Positions 15,560 to 28,283 of a DNA stretch of 64,000 bases are shown one piece after another. Source of the DNA: Octopus sinensis (Eukaryota); contig NC_042997.1 of assembly GCF_006345805.1 (NCBI RefSeq), positions 6,324,001-6,388,000 of the forward strand. Direction: 5' to 3'. The notes under the pieces were generated by a model, which saw nothing but the letters and a program-made list of their open reading frames with translations, was not told where the DNA came from and ran no database searches. Within the stretch, counting starts at the first letter, position 1; every line of letters begins with the position of its first letter. The position numbers and the translations under genes are program-made.

Positions 15560-16052
15560 TGTTATCATGAAGATGTTTTGTCATGGTATAAAAGATGGGC
15601 AACTGCCAATATTCTGCTCAGTTACTCAGATTTGCATGTCAGTAGTTTGACTTTAACTAGTTGAGCCTATCATTTAATGTCTGGCGATATATGCATCTCT
15701 GATCACGAGCAGAAGTAGGTGGGAGCATCATAGCCATTCATTGAGAGAAATTCTTTGGGGATTGAATAATTCACTTCTTGAATAATGGTGTTACGTTCAA
15801 CATACTTAAACAACCCTTCTTCAGGACCATTTGAGTGGGATGGGCTACTCGACATGAAACAAATACTAACTGGGTCCAACCTGCAAGATCATTCGCAGTT
15901 TATCTTGGTATGAGCTTACCATGTCGCATACATATGTTTGTGATGCATGCTCCTGATGTACCTTTATCAAATGGGTAGCCATGATGTCTCTACTGGGCAT
16001 CTTATATTTTACCCCAGTGTCAGTTTGATGTCATGCACGGCTCTCTCAGTCA
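15560..16052 (+). mobile_element. ~570-bp (AAT)n-flanked repeat, copy 2
   Basis: Collinear with 18507-19061; ends ctctctcagtc followed by aataataat. Confidence 0.88.
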
Positions 16053-16099
16053 ATAATAATGATTATGATGATGGTGATGATAATGACGACGACGACGAA

Positions 16100-16151
<52 letters not shown>

Positions 16152-16295
16152 TTAATAATAATAATAATAATGATAATAATAATACTATTGATTATGATGA
16201 TTATGATGTGTATGTTGATGTGGATGATGAAAAAAGATGATACATGCAGTAGTAATCGCGATAACATCAACACCAATAATAATAATAATAATATT
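16053..16295. repeat. Compound (AAT/GAT/GAC)n trinucleotide tract
   Basis: Direct reading; it explains the poly-N, poly-I and poly-D ORFs. Confidence 0.9.
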
Positions 16296-16849
16296 TTCTA
16301 CTATAGCAAACGTAGAATCTGCTAGAAATGGAAGATGAACGCAGTATTATAGCAAACAAATTGACTATATGCGCAGACATGTCTGCTAAGGTTAAATTAT
16401 TGAAAGAGGACTGGAAAAAGCGCAGTATTCAGACAGGTAATTTTACCAGCATCAAGTAAGTAATTATAACGCGAGTCATCTAGCACTCACCAATGTGCCA
16501 AAGGAAAAAGAAAAGAGAAAAATTGCTATCATAGGTTTAGAAATAATCTAAAGAGCTAATTTAATGAAGGTATCAGGATTAATGCACTCACAACCTTGGC
16601 TATACTTGTTTTTGTGGGATCAGTGAAATAGATATACAACTAAGCATGCTCCTCACCAGACACCGCATACATCACTCAAAGGCAGATATAGACAGACTGC
16701 GTATCTCACGGAAGGATGAAAGGCGTTGACTAATGCAGCAGCTACTGTTTCTAAAGACAGCATTTTAAAGAGGTAGACGCGTATCTAAAGAGCAATAATG
16801 ACTCAATGCATAGGCTTGTCTCCAAACATGAAAGTTCCCCACAAAATGT

Positions 16850-17940
16850 ACTAAATATTAGAAAAAGCAAAGAAGTACGTATAAACATTTTTGTCGTCGA
16901 CTTTATCTCGTTTCCGAGTATTATTTTCGTTCTCGCTCAACGCTTCCTTAATGGTGATGCCATTGATGACGCTGTAGACCAATTTTTGCATGGATGAGTC
17001 GATGGCATTGCCTGCAAGGTAATGTATGTGGAGGATGAGGTTGATTTTCCCTTGACTTTCTCTCCTGTACTTTGACTTATTTCTTTTCTCTTCTAGTGCT
17101 TTCGACGCTTCTGGGTCCAATGAACACCGACGGAACTCTGGCACCTGGAACGGCATCGGACTTGTGTTTCAAACGATTTAGGCTGAACACCAGTGGCTCG
17201 CAGTGTTAGTGCTTGTACCATAGGTAACTTCGTGATATTTTACCTGAGGTAAGCTCACTGAATAAAATTATAGCTAGATATCCTGACCATGGAAGACATT
17301 TATGACATTATCAGCAATTTGACACATTATCATTTGTCTCTTTCCATGACTTTGTGTTGGTCGCATAATGCACCCATTTAATGGTCAAAATTGAAGGAAG
17401 TTTTGTTGGTGAAATATTTCTATGTTTTGGAGATCGCTACTGTATAGAATCACAGCTTTCGAAGACCTAACAAGTTGGAAATGGCAAGAGCATTATAAAC
17501 CATAATTTTCATGGTTAAAATTCTTTATTGTTGAAGACACATTTGGGTAACGTTTTAAATGCTCCGTGTACAGCTACAAATATTGACCATCAATGAGAAG
17601 CTGCACCTCAATGTAAATTAGAAACAGGGCGCTTCATTAATGCAGCTAACGACCAACGTTTGCCAACTAGAAACTACCAAGTAAGCATTGTTGAAATTGT
17701 ACTAATCCTGACTGCCTGTATAATGGGCCAGACAGAGAAAAAATTACCACTTCATCTTCGGATGCTTTATCCTTGCATGAGATGTGTATATTAACCACCA
17801 TAACTTTGGACTGTATTTGTACTCTCTTGTATACCGTAAGTCTGGAATCCGATATAAGAACTGGTGGAAACATAAGCTTATCATGATAGTAGTAAATAAA
17901 GATATCATTGTTTCTTATGACGTTAGTTTTCAAATCCATC
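16850..17940 (-). mobile_element. Possible highly decayed LINE (APE endonuclease and spacer region)
   Basis: Minus ORFs include ISDSRLTVYKRVQIQSKVMVVNIH, reminiscent of the L1/Tx1 endonuclease strands before NxYxP, and a K/E/R-rich ORF at 16851-17156. Similarity is weak. Confidence 0.3.
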
Positions 17941-18407
17941 GTGTTATTTAGGCCAATAAACTATATACTGGAATAACTATCAAATTTGACGAAACATGTT
18001 TGCTCATAGACATGTGAAACCGAGAAGACTACAACACTTCTGTAAAATATCTGAGAAAGTTAGGACATATAATATCCATGTAATAGAGTTCTCAAAAATT
18101 GTGGTTCCTAAGAGTATTAACTCTACATGTGTTTAGACAAATGCCAGGAAACCTGAAACAATTGTTCTCATTGTTGCTGCCCATATGCTAAGAATTACAT
18201 CGTCCATCTGAAAATGCACGATTCTCTTTAAGCTCTTAAATCATGGAATATCACAAATTTAACAGAATCGTAATTCTTATATTCTGATCCCTTTCCCGAA
18301 CAACATATCATAGCTAATCACAAATAAAAGACATAGTAAATGTTCATATAGCTGTTATTTCAGGTTATGGGTGCGAGTTGTAACAGTTCAGGCGTAACAA
18401 TGCTACA

Positions 18408-18437
18408 ATAATGATGATGATAATATTAATAATAATG

Positions 18438-18506
<69 letters not shown>
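18408..18506. repeat. (AAT)n microsatellite
   Basis: Direct reading of the sequence. Confidence 0.95.
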
Positions 18507-18510
<4 letters not shown>

Positions 18511-19061
18511 CCGTGATGCAGTAACAGGCAGTGGCTTTCAAGGCTTCTGATCTTAACTGATTGGAAGTGTTATATTGTACATTGATTTGTCTTGGTATAA
18601 AAGATGGGCTAAAGCAAATATTCTGCTCAGTACCACAGATTTGCTTGTCAGTTGTTTGACCTTAGCCAGTTGAGCATGTTCCTTAGTGGCTGACGATATG
18701 TGCATCTGTGATCACAAGCAGAAGTAGTGGGGGAACATCATAGCCGTGTGTTGAAAGGAATTCTTAGAGGTTTGGATAATTCACCTTTGGAAACAAGGGT
18801 GGTTCGTTCAACATCCTTAAACAATCCTTATTCGGGGATCTTTTGAGCGGGATGGTTTACTCGACCACACGAAAATTTACCTGGGCCCCACCTGTGAGAT
18901 CATGTGCTGTTATCTTGATATGAGATCACCATGTCGCGCACATATGTTTGTGATGCATGTGCCTGGTGTACCCTTATCAGAGAGGTAGTCATGATGGTTA
19001 CACTGGGCTTCGTATATTTTACCCCAGTGTCACTTCGATGACATGCACTGCTCTCTCACTC
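18507..19061 (+). mobile_element. ~570-bp (AAT)n-flanked repeat, copy 3 (best preserved)
   Basis: Runs from aaataccgtgatgcagtaacaggcag to gctctctcactc, with (AAT)n on both sides. Confidence 0.9.
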
Positions 19062-19086
19062 AATAATAATAATAATAATAATAATA

Positions 19087-19598
19087 AATGCCCTAATCAA
19101 GTACCAGCCAGTGGCTCTCATGGCTTCTCATCTTAACTTATTGGAAGTATTTTCAATTACATTATTTGTCTTTGTGCTAAAGTCGTGCTACATCAAATAT
19201 TCTGCTCAATGCCATATCTCTTGATGGTTGTCAATATGTGAGCCCCAGATCACAAGCAGGAGAGGTAGAAGAGCAACTTGGACACGGGCTGAGAGGAATA
19301 ATTTGGGCTTTGGATAATTCACTCCTGTAAACATGGATGTTTCGTTCACCATCCTTAAACAAACCTTATTCAGGAATCTTTTGAGCAGGATTGTGTAGTG
19401 AACCTGAAAAAATTCTGACTGGGCCCCACTTGCAAGTTCATGCGCTGTTCAGCATGATGTGAAATCTTCATGTGACACGCATATCTTTGTGATATGTGTG
19501 CCTGGTGAAACCTTATCTGATTGGTTATCATGATGTGCATACTGGGCTTTGGTACCGCAATACAACTTTGATGTCATGTGCTACTCTCTCACTTACTC
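19087..19598 (+). mobile_element. ~570-bp (AAT)n-flanked repeat, copy 4 (tandem to copy 3, more diverged)
   Basis: Same termini (aatgccctaat…ctctctcact); separated from copy 3 only by (AAT)n. Confidence 0.85.
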
Positions 19599-20157
19599 AA
19601 GAATAATAATGACATATAATGGCTTCCAGTTTAGTGCCGGAAGTTACTCAGTGACCATTCTTCTTGGTGTGTGCATCATGTTGTCACCTCCGTAAAATGA
19701 ATGTAAATTTCACCTTTGCGGAATATATTTCTCAGAATGTAAAAACCAGAACAAATGTAATGAATTATTTTATCGAAATCTCTATCATTCTTTCGTTTTT
19801 GGATTCTGAAGAGAATTAACAAAAGAATTATATAACCTATTTTGCATGTTGAAGCTTGGAGGCATGACAATGGCAATGTACGGAGTGATAACAATCGTTA
19901 AACTACAAATGATAACAGCGATGATAAATGTTTTATTGATTGTAGACTTGGTATAAAAAGTGACGTTGGTAAGTAATTGACAATTCCCAGAACCTGTTTA
20001 AAATTAACAATAATAATGCTGGAAGACTGTTATTGACGGTAAATACATTTTAATGAATGAAATACATTTTAGCAGACAATGCACTATTTTATACAATCTA
20101 ATAGAAAAAAGTATATATATAAAGTAGCAAAGAATTTAATATTTTGTAGTAAAGTAA

Positions 20158-20300
20158 GGTGGCGAACAGGCAGAATCGTTAGCACTCCAGGCAAAATACA
20201 TAGCAGCATATCGACCGGTTTTAGGTTCTGTGTTCAAATTCTGCCGAGGTCGACTTCGCCGTTCATATTTCCTGCTCGATAAAATAAGTACAGCGACACC
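20158..20300 (+). mobile_element. SINE family 2, 5' part
   Basis: ggcagaatcgttagcac…gttctgtgttcaaattctgccgaggtcgacttcgcc…tcgataaaataagtac, with A-box- and B-box-like motifs. Confidence 0.75.
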
Positions 20301-20888
20301 AGTTGTTCCCTCTCCTGAAGGTACTGGCTTTGGGTCAAGGCGTGAAACCAATAGTTTATAGCAAAATGAAATGGTTTTAGAAATTTATGAAACTTAAGTA
20401 GATATTTCTTTTTATTCAGAAGCTGTGACATCCTGATTTAATTAGCAAATGTGTTATAATTAAATTTAATAATAAAGTTCTTCAAAGCTAAAAAAAAAAT
20501 CATAGTTAGGTTTTTTTGTATAGTACAGGATCGCACTGTTTGGAAGCACAACAAGTGTCTAAATTCCAGTATCGTCCCGACTCTTAGGTACCAGATTGAA
20601 TGTCGTGCCAATTGAACAAATTACCGGATGAACAATTCTCACCTTCGGTTTCCATAATCTTTTCTTCTTTCTGGCTTGGTTCCGATATTTCTCAATTTTC
20701 TCAATATCTTTGTCATCAACTCTATTGCCGATTCTAAGATCTGGCACGTTTATACTCTATGGTTACAGCGAGTCTCTTTGCTTCAATATTATAATCAATT
20801 ATTTTTTATGGAAAAATCCTATAATATAACAAGAACAGCAATAATTATCTTATTATTATTATTATTATTATTACTATTATTATTATTG

Positions 20889-21415
20889 ATTAAGAGAGCA
20901 TCAAAGTGACACTCGGGTAAAATTTACAAAGCCTAGTATACTCATCATAACTACCCGTCTGATAAAGGTACAACGGGTACACGGATCACAACTGTATGTG
21001 TGTGACATGGCGATCTCATATCAAGATTCCCAGCGCATGGGATTGCAGGAGGAGCCCAGTTAGAATTTTCTTTATGTCGAGTCGCCCTTCGCGCTCAAAT
21101 GATGCCTGAATAAAAACTTTTTAAGGATGCAGAACGAAACACCCATGTTTCCAGAGGTGAAGTATCCAAACCTCAAATAATTCCGCTCAAAACATGGCTA
21201 TGATATCCCCCCACTACTTCTGCTCGTGATCAGAGATGCATATATCGTCAGTCACTAAGGGACATGCTGAACTATTTCAGTTCAAACAACTGACAAATTG
21301 TGGTAATGAGCACAGTATTTGCTGTAGTCCATTTTTTATACCAAGACGATGTAAATGATAACATTTCAAATCAGTTAAGATGATAAGCCATGAGAGCCAC
21401 CACCTTGTACTTCTT
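20889..21415 (-). mobile_element. ~570-bp (AAT)n-flanked repeat, copy 5
   Basis: Reverse complement of copy 3, with a (TTA)n tract at 20840-20888. Confidence 0.88.
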
Positions 21416-21589
21416 TAAGTATTGTTGCTGTTGTTATTGTCGTCAATGACTTCGTTAGGATAACGCACAAGAATCAGTTGGGGTGTCCACAATCCAATCT
21501 AGTTGGTTAAACAGATAAAAAATATTGTTACATTCACTGTTGCCTTATATAAGTCTATTAGACAAAATCCCGTTTACTGAACTTTGAAT

Positions 21590-22660
21590 GCGTTTTTTCC
21601 TGCACAAAAAGAAACGACATGTTACTAGGAGGTGGTGGAAAATTGTGAGAAGGGAAAATGATTATGATCCAACATCATTTCGAAGAGAGCAGGTGATAGA
21701 GAGAAATTATTTAGATGAACAATTGCTTAGTAAATTGGGAGAGGCAATTAGAAGTGGCATAGCAATCAGCAGGCTAACGGTTAAAATTGACGTTGTTAGG
21801 TCTAGAGCTCGAGCAATACAATCAAGAAAGAAAGAAAGCCGATTGCTGGTTCCGGTAGTGGAGGTATGATCTGGCAACAAATCTACAATGTGTGCAGCAT
21901 TTCAGCAGCACATTGCTCAACAGAGAATGTCCTAAACCATAGAGAATTACAGATATTTGCATCTATCTCGAAGGCATTCTAAAATTCTCGGAAGACAGGT
22001 CTACGCAATACTAAATGCCAATAATAGCAACTGAAATATGAGAAGTACCATGTGGTTGCACAAGGTACAGATCGCCGGGTTTGGTTGGTTTGTCCATGAG
22101 TGTTATGATTATAAGCCAGAGTTTTTTGGTGAACTCATCGCAAACTTGTATCCTCTTCAGGAGCAAAACAGGAGTATTCTTATGTATGTGGGCCAAGGTG
22201 CGTTGATCTTGCTCACAAAGGACACCAGTACAGGGGATATTTTTGATAATTTACGGCCCATAACCCTGCTATTGCTGGTGCGTGGATTTAACTTAAAAAT
22301 CTGATACTGCGTGTGTGGGACGGATCCGATTATCAACCGTATCCATCACGAGGATTGCTCTAGCACCAACCTTTAACAAGTCAGATTTGGCAGTGTTCCT
22401 CTGTCTTGTGGCTATGGCGGAATAAATTTGCCTAGTGGGCGAGGAGGAAAGGATTGCACAAAGACACATTTCCCTTCGGTCAATATCGCATCGGCGTTTT
22501 AGAGTTTCTTCTTAGGAATAGTGAAGTGCTAACTTCCAGGGAATTTGTGAAAATATTGGTGGCTGTCGTTAAAATGGTTAGGGCAAATGGCCCTTTTTTA
22601 AGTATGCACCTGTAGAATGGAGAGCATGAGTGATAGGGTTCGTGCGTTTAATTGTTCGCG
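21590..22660 (+). mobile_element. Decayed, internally deleted Tx1/L1-clade LINE (family similar to 3234-5455)
   Basis: VVRSRARA and GALILLTKD…DNLRPITLL motifs; 22510-22620 resembles 5040-5140. Confidence 0.65.
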
Positions 22661-22924
22661 TAATCCTTTATCGGCTCCAGCAGGGTTTCTCCTGTATCAG
22701 GAGGATTACATTATTCATGATATCAGACACTTTGTATAGTATGCATAATTTTACAGCATTTTACCATCTTTTCCATTCCTTACTTCTGTCTTTTATGTGA
22801 ATCAAAACACAAGATGTTTTCTGTCCTCTTAATGTCCCCGTTATCTATGCCTCTGTGGCTACTGAAGTATATTATCATAATTCTTATTAAAATAAGCCAG
22901 GATTAACTTTTCTTTACATCATTT

Positions 22925-23025
22925 CGGAATCGATAAAATAAGTACCACTTGAGTACTGGGGTCGAAATAACTGACTTATCCCCTCCTCCGACATTGCTGG
23001 CCTTGTGCTAAAATTTGAAATCATA
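22925..23025 (+). mobile_element. SINE family 2, 3' part
   Basis: tcgataaaataagtaccacttgagtactggggtcga…ttgctggccttgtgctaaaatttgaaa. Confidence 0.7.
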
Positions 23026-25784
23026 ATCAAAGGCAAAGCATTTCTTATACAAAGCCAGAAATCCGGGATCTAGAATTATCCAGTAATTTTTTGGTAGTTC
23101 ATCTTGTCCTTTTGTCGTCTCTCCTGGTGCCAAATGAAAATTTAGGGTCACGTTTCGGCTCCTATTTCCAGCGTTGAGGTATCTCTTAGATACCCTAAAT
23201 TATTATTATTATTATTAATATCATTATTATTATTTTATATATATATATATATATATAAAGATGTTTGTACAGATACACACATGCAAATACATACACACGT
23301 ATATGCATGTGCGCGTGCGCGTGTCAGCGCGCACGCATGTATAATCGGACAATGAATGAGAAAATGTGTGACGATGATATATTCATATACGCATAGTATG
23401 TTATTCTGAAACATGCACAAACTTACTAATGTATTGTTTAGAAATTTTACATATCAACAAAATCTAAATCGTACAGGTACCTCAGTGTTGCTTATATAAA
23501 TATATACACACTGAAGCACACACTCAAATATTTATAGATAGCCGTTAATATATATATAATTTGAAGCGTTACACTTATGAGCAATTTTGAATATCTATAC
23601 ATATTCTTACAAAATTAATTGTTTTCATACAATTATTGCTCTTTTCTAATATATATATATACATTAGCTAAACTTGACAATCTATCAGAAACAAAATTAT
23701 CTGAAACCGAACGCACGTATATTGAAGATACCACAAGTGTTAATTGAAGTGAGAAGTGAAGGAGGTGTCGATGTGTCATTGTATTAATATTCTCACCAAT
23801 ATCATAAGCGGTGAAATTTATATATTTCAACTAATTAGCTTATATACTGTTATCATATGATACTTTACTACTGAAATTTATGTCGAACTGTGCAATCAAT
23901 TTTGTTCGGTCCAAGAAAAGAAAATAAGTTATCTTAATTTTATGGTTCCTAAACAATCTCATCATAACGAGAGGAAGATTATTTAGTCAATATTTACTCA
24001 CCTAGGAATAAAGGGACTATCACACTTAATACATCGCGCTTAAGAAACAAAGTTATATAAAGATCGATCACACTTTTTACAGAGTTACCTCATAATCTAA
24101 ATTGTGTAATAGAGAAGCCAATTTCTTGCATATAATCGAGCAGAAACTTTAAGAAATGGATTTGAAAAAATATTAAATACACAATATGATGATATATATA
24201 TCTTAGATATAATTTTATTGTATACATTTTCGATAATATTTAATTATTTATTAAGTACTTTAAAACTTTGTTGGCTGTAATGTGAGGACAATGTTTTTCT
24301 TTATAGTAATGGCGGTTATTAACTTAGTAAATTATATATAATGTAGATTTTCGTCATATATATTCAAAGAAGTTGATACGTTATTGTTATATTGCTTGAA
24401 TATTGATTAATTATTTATCTCAAATCGTAGACTATAATGTACTTACTATGTTTTCGAATTCCCAATAGAATAGACTTCTGTCTGATGTAGATTAAAATCT
24501 GAATGAAGCTTATATAAACATTCATATAAAGTTTTAACCAGATAATATTTACATACTTTTTTGAATATTAGCCTTTATAGTTCTAATAAATGCAGTCTAA
24601 ACATGGTGAGTATAATCGAATTCTATGCATAAACACGAGCCACGTGATATTTATTTTGTCCGATTCCATAGACACACATGCACACGCATGCATACAAACG
24701 CACACATCCGCCACTACGCCACATATAAATTAATTTGGTTAATTTATTTAGTATATGAGACAATTGTTCAAAGAGTATTATCATATCAATGGTTTATTTC
24801 TATATAATGTAGTCATAATTTGTATTGCATTAGCAAATATTATCACGATTTAAAGCGAATCAGAAGCTGTATGAAACTTTAGTTTAAATTTCAGCTTTCC
24901 TATTACAAAACGTTTGAAAACAGGCAGTACATTATATAACGATATTTGGACGCACAGCGTACATTTATGAACATTCAGGAATGATGGCTGCTAAAATTTT
25001 GGTAAAAATATAACCGTCTCCAGTATCGCAAGCTTAATCCCCATAAACCAAGCAATGTTTTCTTTTTTCCAATGTTCGCTTTTGTGTTGATCAATATACT
25101 AAATGCTTTTTGAAATATATGACCATCTTATAGTGTATGGAAATTCAGCTCTACGAGGAATATACAGTTGTGTGTAAAAGCTTTCCCCTGAAAGGAATAT
25201 CGATGTCAGTGAACAGGATTTCACATATTACTAAGTTTTCTTTTTCTTCCACATAATTAAATTGAGCTGTAATAAAAATCTGTTTCGACAACGATTGGAT
25301 CGCACATTCTGCAATCATTAATGTCGGGGAAAGTGATTCTTATTGTTAACATTATTCCTTTTTAAACTCCAAACAGATCTGGGTAGTCATTGCGTGTAAT
25401 ATAACAGAATGCATATACGTGATATACAAAATATTTTCAAAGATTCTTTCAAAGTTTATATAGACTTTGCTTAGGATTAGCTGAAGAACAAATATTAGGT
25501 TTGTAAAGTAACGCTAGCAAGGAATACATATCACGTGTTTTATAATGAGACAATACAATGATTTTTTTATTATATATATACAGATATTTTATGGATTCGC
25601 GTTATTATGATATTAGTCATGATTTAAGAAATTCATCAGTAGACATGATTGTATAGTTAAGTTAATTGTGGTTTTCACCATCAGCGTACAAACATTGTGA
25701 ATCGAATCGTACTTTGCACCTGATAATATCATCTACGTTGACTATATTGTAATGCCACCACTTAAAACACAAACACAATACGCA

Positions 25785-25958
25785 CCTGTTTCCAATTTCG
25801 GCGCGAGGCCTGCAATTATTTTACTGGCAATTATTTCATTGACCCAGAACAGAAGAACGGCAAAGTGACCGTGAAGAAATTTGAACTCAGAACGTAAAGG
25901 ATGGATGAAATGCATCTTGCTCGACGTGCTAACCATTCTGCCAGCACACTGCCTGCCT
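25785..25958 (-). mobile_element. SINE family 2, decayed
   Basis: aatttgaactcagaacg and gtgctaaccattctgccag are the reverse complement of the 20160 head. Confidence 0.7.
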
Positions 25959-26749
25959 TATACTTAAACAAGAAAATTTTTGACAGCGACTTCGAAAATT
26001 CAGCCAGTTAATCTATCGTCGGGCTACGAGTAATAATGAATTATTAAGGGCATTACAAGAGGCACCACACGCTAAAAATCGCATCCAGAAAACGACTACA
26101 ACCACACATTTTCACTGAGACATTAATTGAAAGCGGGACAATGTGTAAAATTCTGGTGCCGCTTGTAGCACCCTTAATCACTAATTAATAATCTTTTAAC
26201 ATATGGTATTACTTTCACCATTATTTACGCATGCTATACCACTTGATATTGTTGTAAGCAATAATATCCTTATATGCAGTTTTATGTGTTATTCACTTCG
26301 AATACCTATTTGAAATTGCTGCGGAATTAAAATCGGTAATCGCGTGCATTGTTTGACATGAACAGTTTCTATGTCCATTGATTCAGTAAAACTCGCTAAG
26401 GGTAAATATGTGACATTTTCACAAAGGTCGATATTGTGTCGATAAGGATATATCTGCCTTACGATTCTTTTCGTAAGTTGGTACGGGGGATTAAAATTTC
26501 TGCTCATTTCCCCGATTTCAATTAATGTTTATCAGTGAAAATTTGTGTTTGTCGACGTCCTCTGGCTGCTATTTTCACAATATACATTGTAGGTGCAGTG
26601 AATAAAATGCAGTCTAACGTACGCAAAAATGAAAATTACAATGACATTTGATATTACAGGCATATTTACCAAAGTTACGTAAAATATATCTTGAAATACT
26701 AAAGAGTAAATCTATTCAATAAAATCCCCATTGGTTTCAATCACGTCCT

Positions 26750-27290
26750 ACAGATGACTTCAAAACTTCTTGCAAGTCTTCAGAACTGTCTCTTCATTTA
26801 AGTTGGTGAATGCGTCATAATGCTTGCCTTCAGTTCAACTTTGTTGTTACAAGAATTTTTCTTTTTGTCTCTCGCTCAATGACGGTCCACACATAATAAT
26901 CAAGTGCGTTGCACCCTGGTGAATTGGGTGGTGGCAAAATTGTCTAACAGCGATGACTGGATACTCCTGCTTCTGCGTTATAGTGCGGAGTCATGTTGTC
27001 AGACATGGGGTCTTCCATCAGCCAACCTCTTGACCCAGAGCTGCTCTACGTTCTTCAGGAACTTGATGTAGGCATCTATGTTGAGTATGAGACCGTATGG
27101 GAAGACAAATAGAGGCATAATATCGCCATCATTAGTGATCACGCCAAACACCATGATATTGACTGGATGTTTGATTTTTACCACTCTTAGTACTTGTTGT
27201 GCGGACACGGTAAACCCAACGGTCGTTCTGTATAAAGTTTACTCTTCAGCGAATAACCAAAGCATGTTCCATTTGGTTATTCGCTGAAAC
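26750..27290 (-). mobile_element. Tc1/mariner-superfamily transposase remnant (maT/DD37D-like)
   Basis: KHPVNIMVFGVITNDGDIMPLFVFPYGL…GRPHV, followed by a degenerate QxDSA and a PPNSP-like (cccaattcaccagggtgcaac) segment. Confidence 0.7.
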
Positions 27291-28200
27291 GCAAACGAAG
27301 TTGATATTTATCTTAAAATCCCGTCATACTGCTCATTTTATAGCGAGAGAAATATTTTGTATTCAGTATCATGTCACGTCACTTTCTCTTATAGGTTTTG
27401 CAAATATCACGAAGCTGGATCGTGTCAGCTTAATCTTCCAACTAACTCTTATGAAGTACTACTATTTTATATATAAAAAAAACTATATATCTACATGCAT
27501 CTACATACATATGTGAGGGCGTGTACACACACACACACATATATATATATATACACATGTGTATATGCGTGTGTGTGTTTGTGTGTGATTTTATCCGATA
27601 AGTGACGCAAATATTTTGTATCTATTTGTGCTTTGCTTCTTCAGTTTTCGTATTCTCTTCACATTTGAACCAAATAGTCACCGGCGTACTTCATTTGTAT
27701 CCACAGTGTCTGTTTGCTTTTATTGCCTCTTAGATAGTCTTTCAGTTTTATTTCTTCTTGGTTTCTATTCTTTTGTAAACTACCCGTGGAATATCGGTGG
27801 CTGACCTTTTTGGCTGGGATCGTGGCTTGTCGCTTTTGATTCCATTTCTCAGTTGCCCCGCAGACTTTGTCTTGTATATTCATTCATATTTTCTATTGAC
27901 ACTTTTATTTGTTTAATTTCTTCTTCGCGTGTATTTTATTTATTTGGTTGTGTTAGTAGATGGTTTTGTTTTGTACATCAATAAAATATTACTGAAATGA
28001 ACTTATAGTTCAAGCTTATGAAAAACGGTCATTGGTAAGTTAATGTTTTCTTTTCCCTCGTCATAATTTATTTTTAAATAAGAAATCAAGTATATATATA
28101 TATATATATATTACAATACGTATGTAATATATATGCATACAGAAACGCACTCGCACACGGGCGCGCACATGTATTTGTATATATATATATATTATATATA

Positions 28201-28283
<83 letters not shown>

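Noticed and set aside
16900-17125. Possible in-frame UGA (selenocysteine) reading DAVDQFLHG*VDGIACK
   Set aside because: No selenoprotein motif, the frame closes soon after, and no SECIS was found.
18408-19598. Repeat-spacer-like alternation suggesting a CRISPR array
   Set aside because: These are eukaryotic microsatellites and tandem retroposon copies; there are no fixed-length repeats with unique spacers and no cas genes.
23285-23345. Alternating purine-pyrimidine, quasi-palindromic (CG/TG) tract (Z-DNA-prone)
   Set aside because: A common microsatellite by-product, seen several times in the window; nothing specific.
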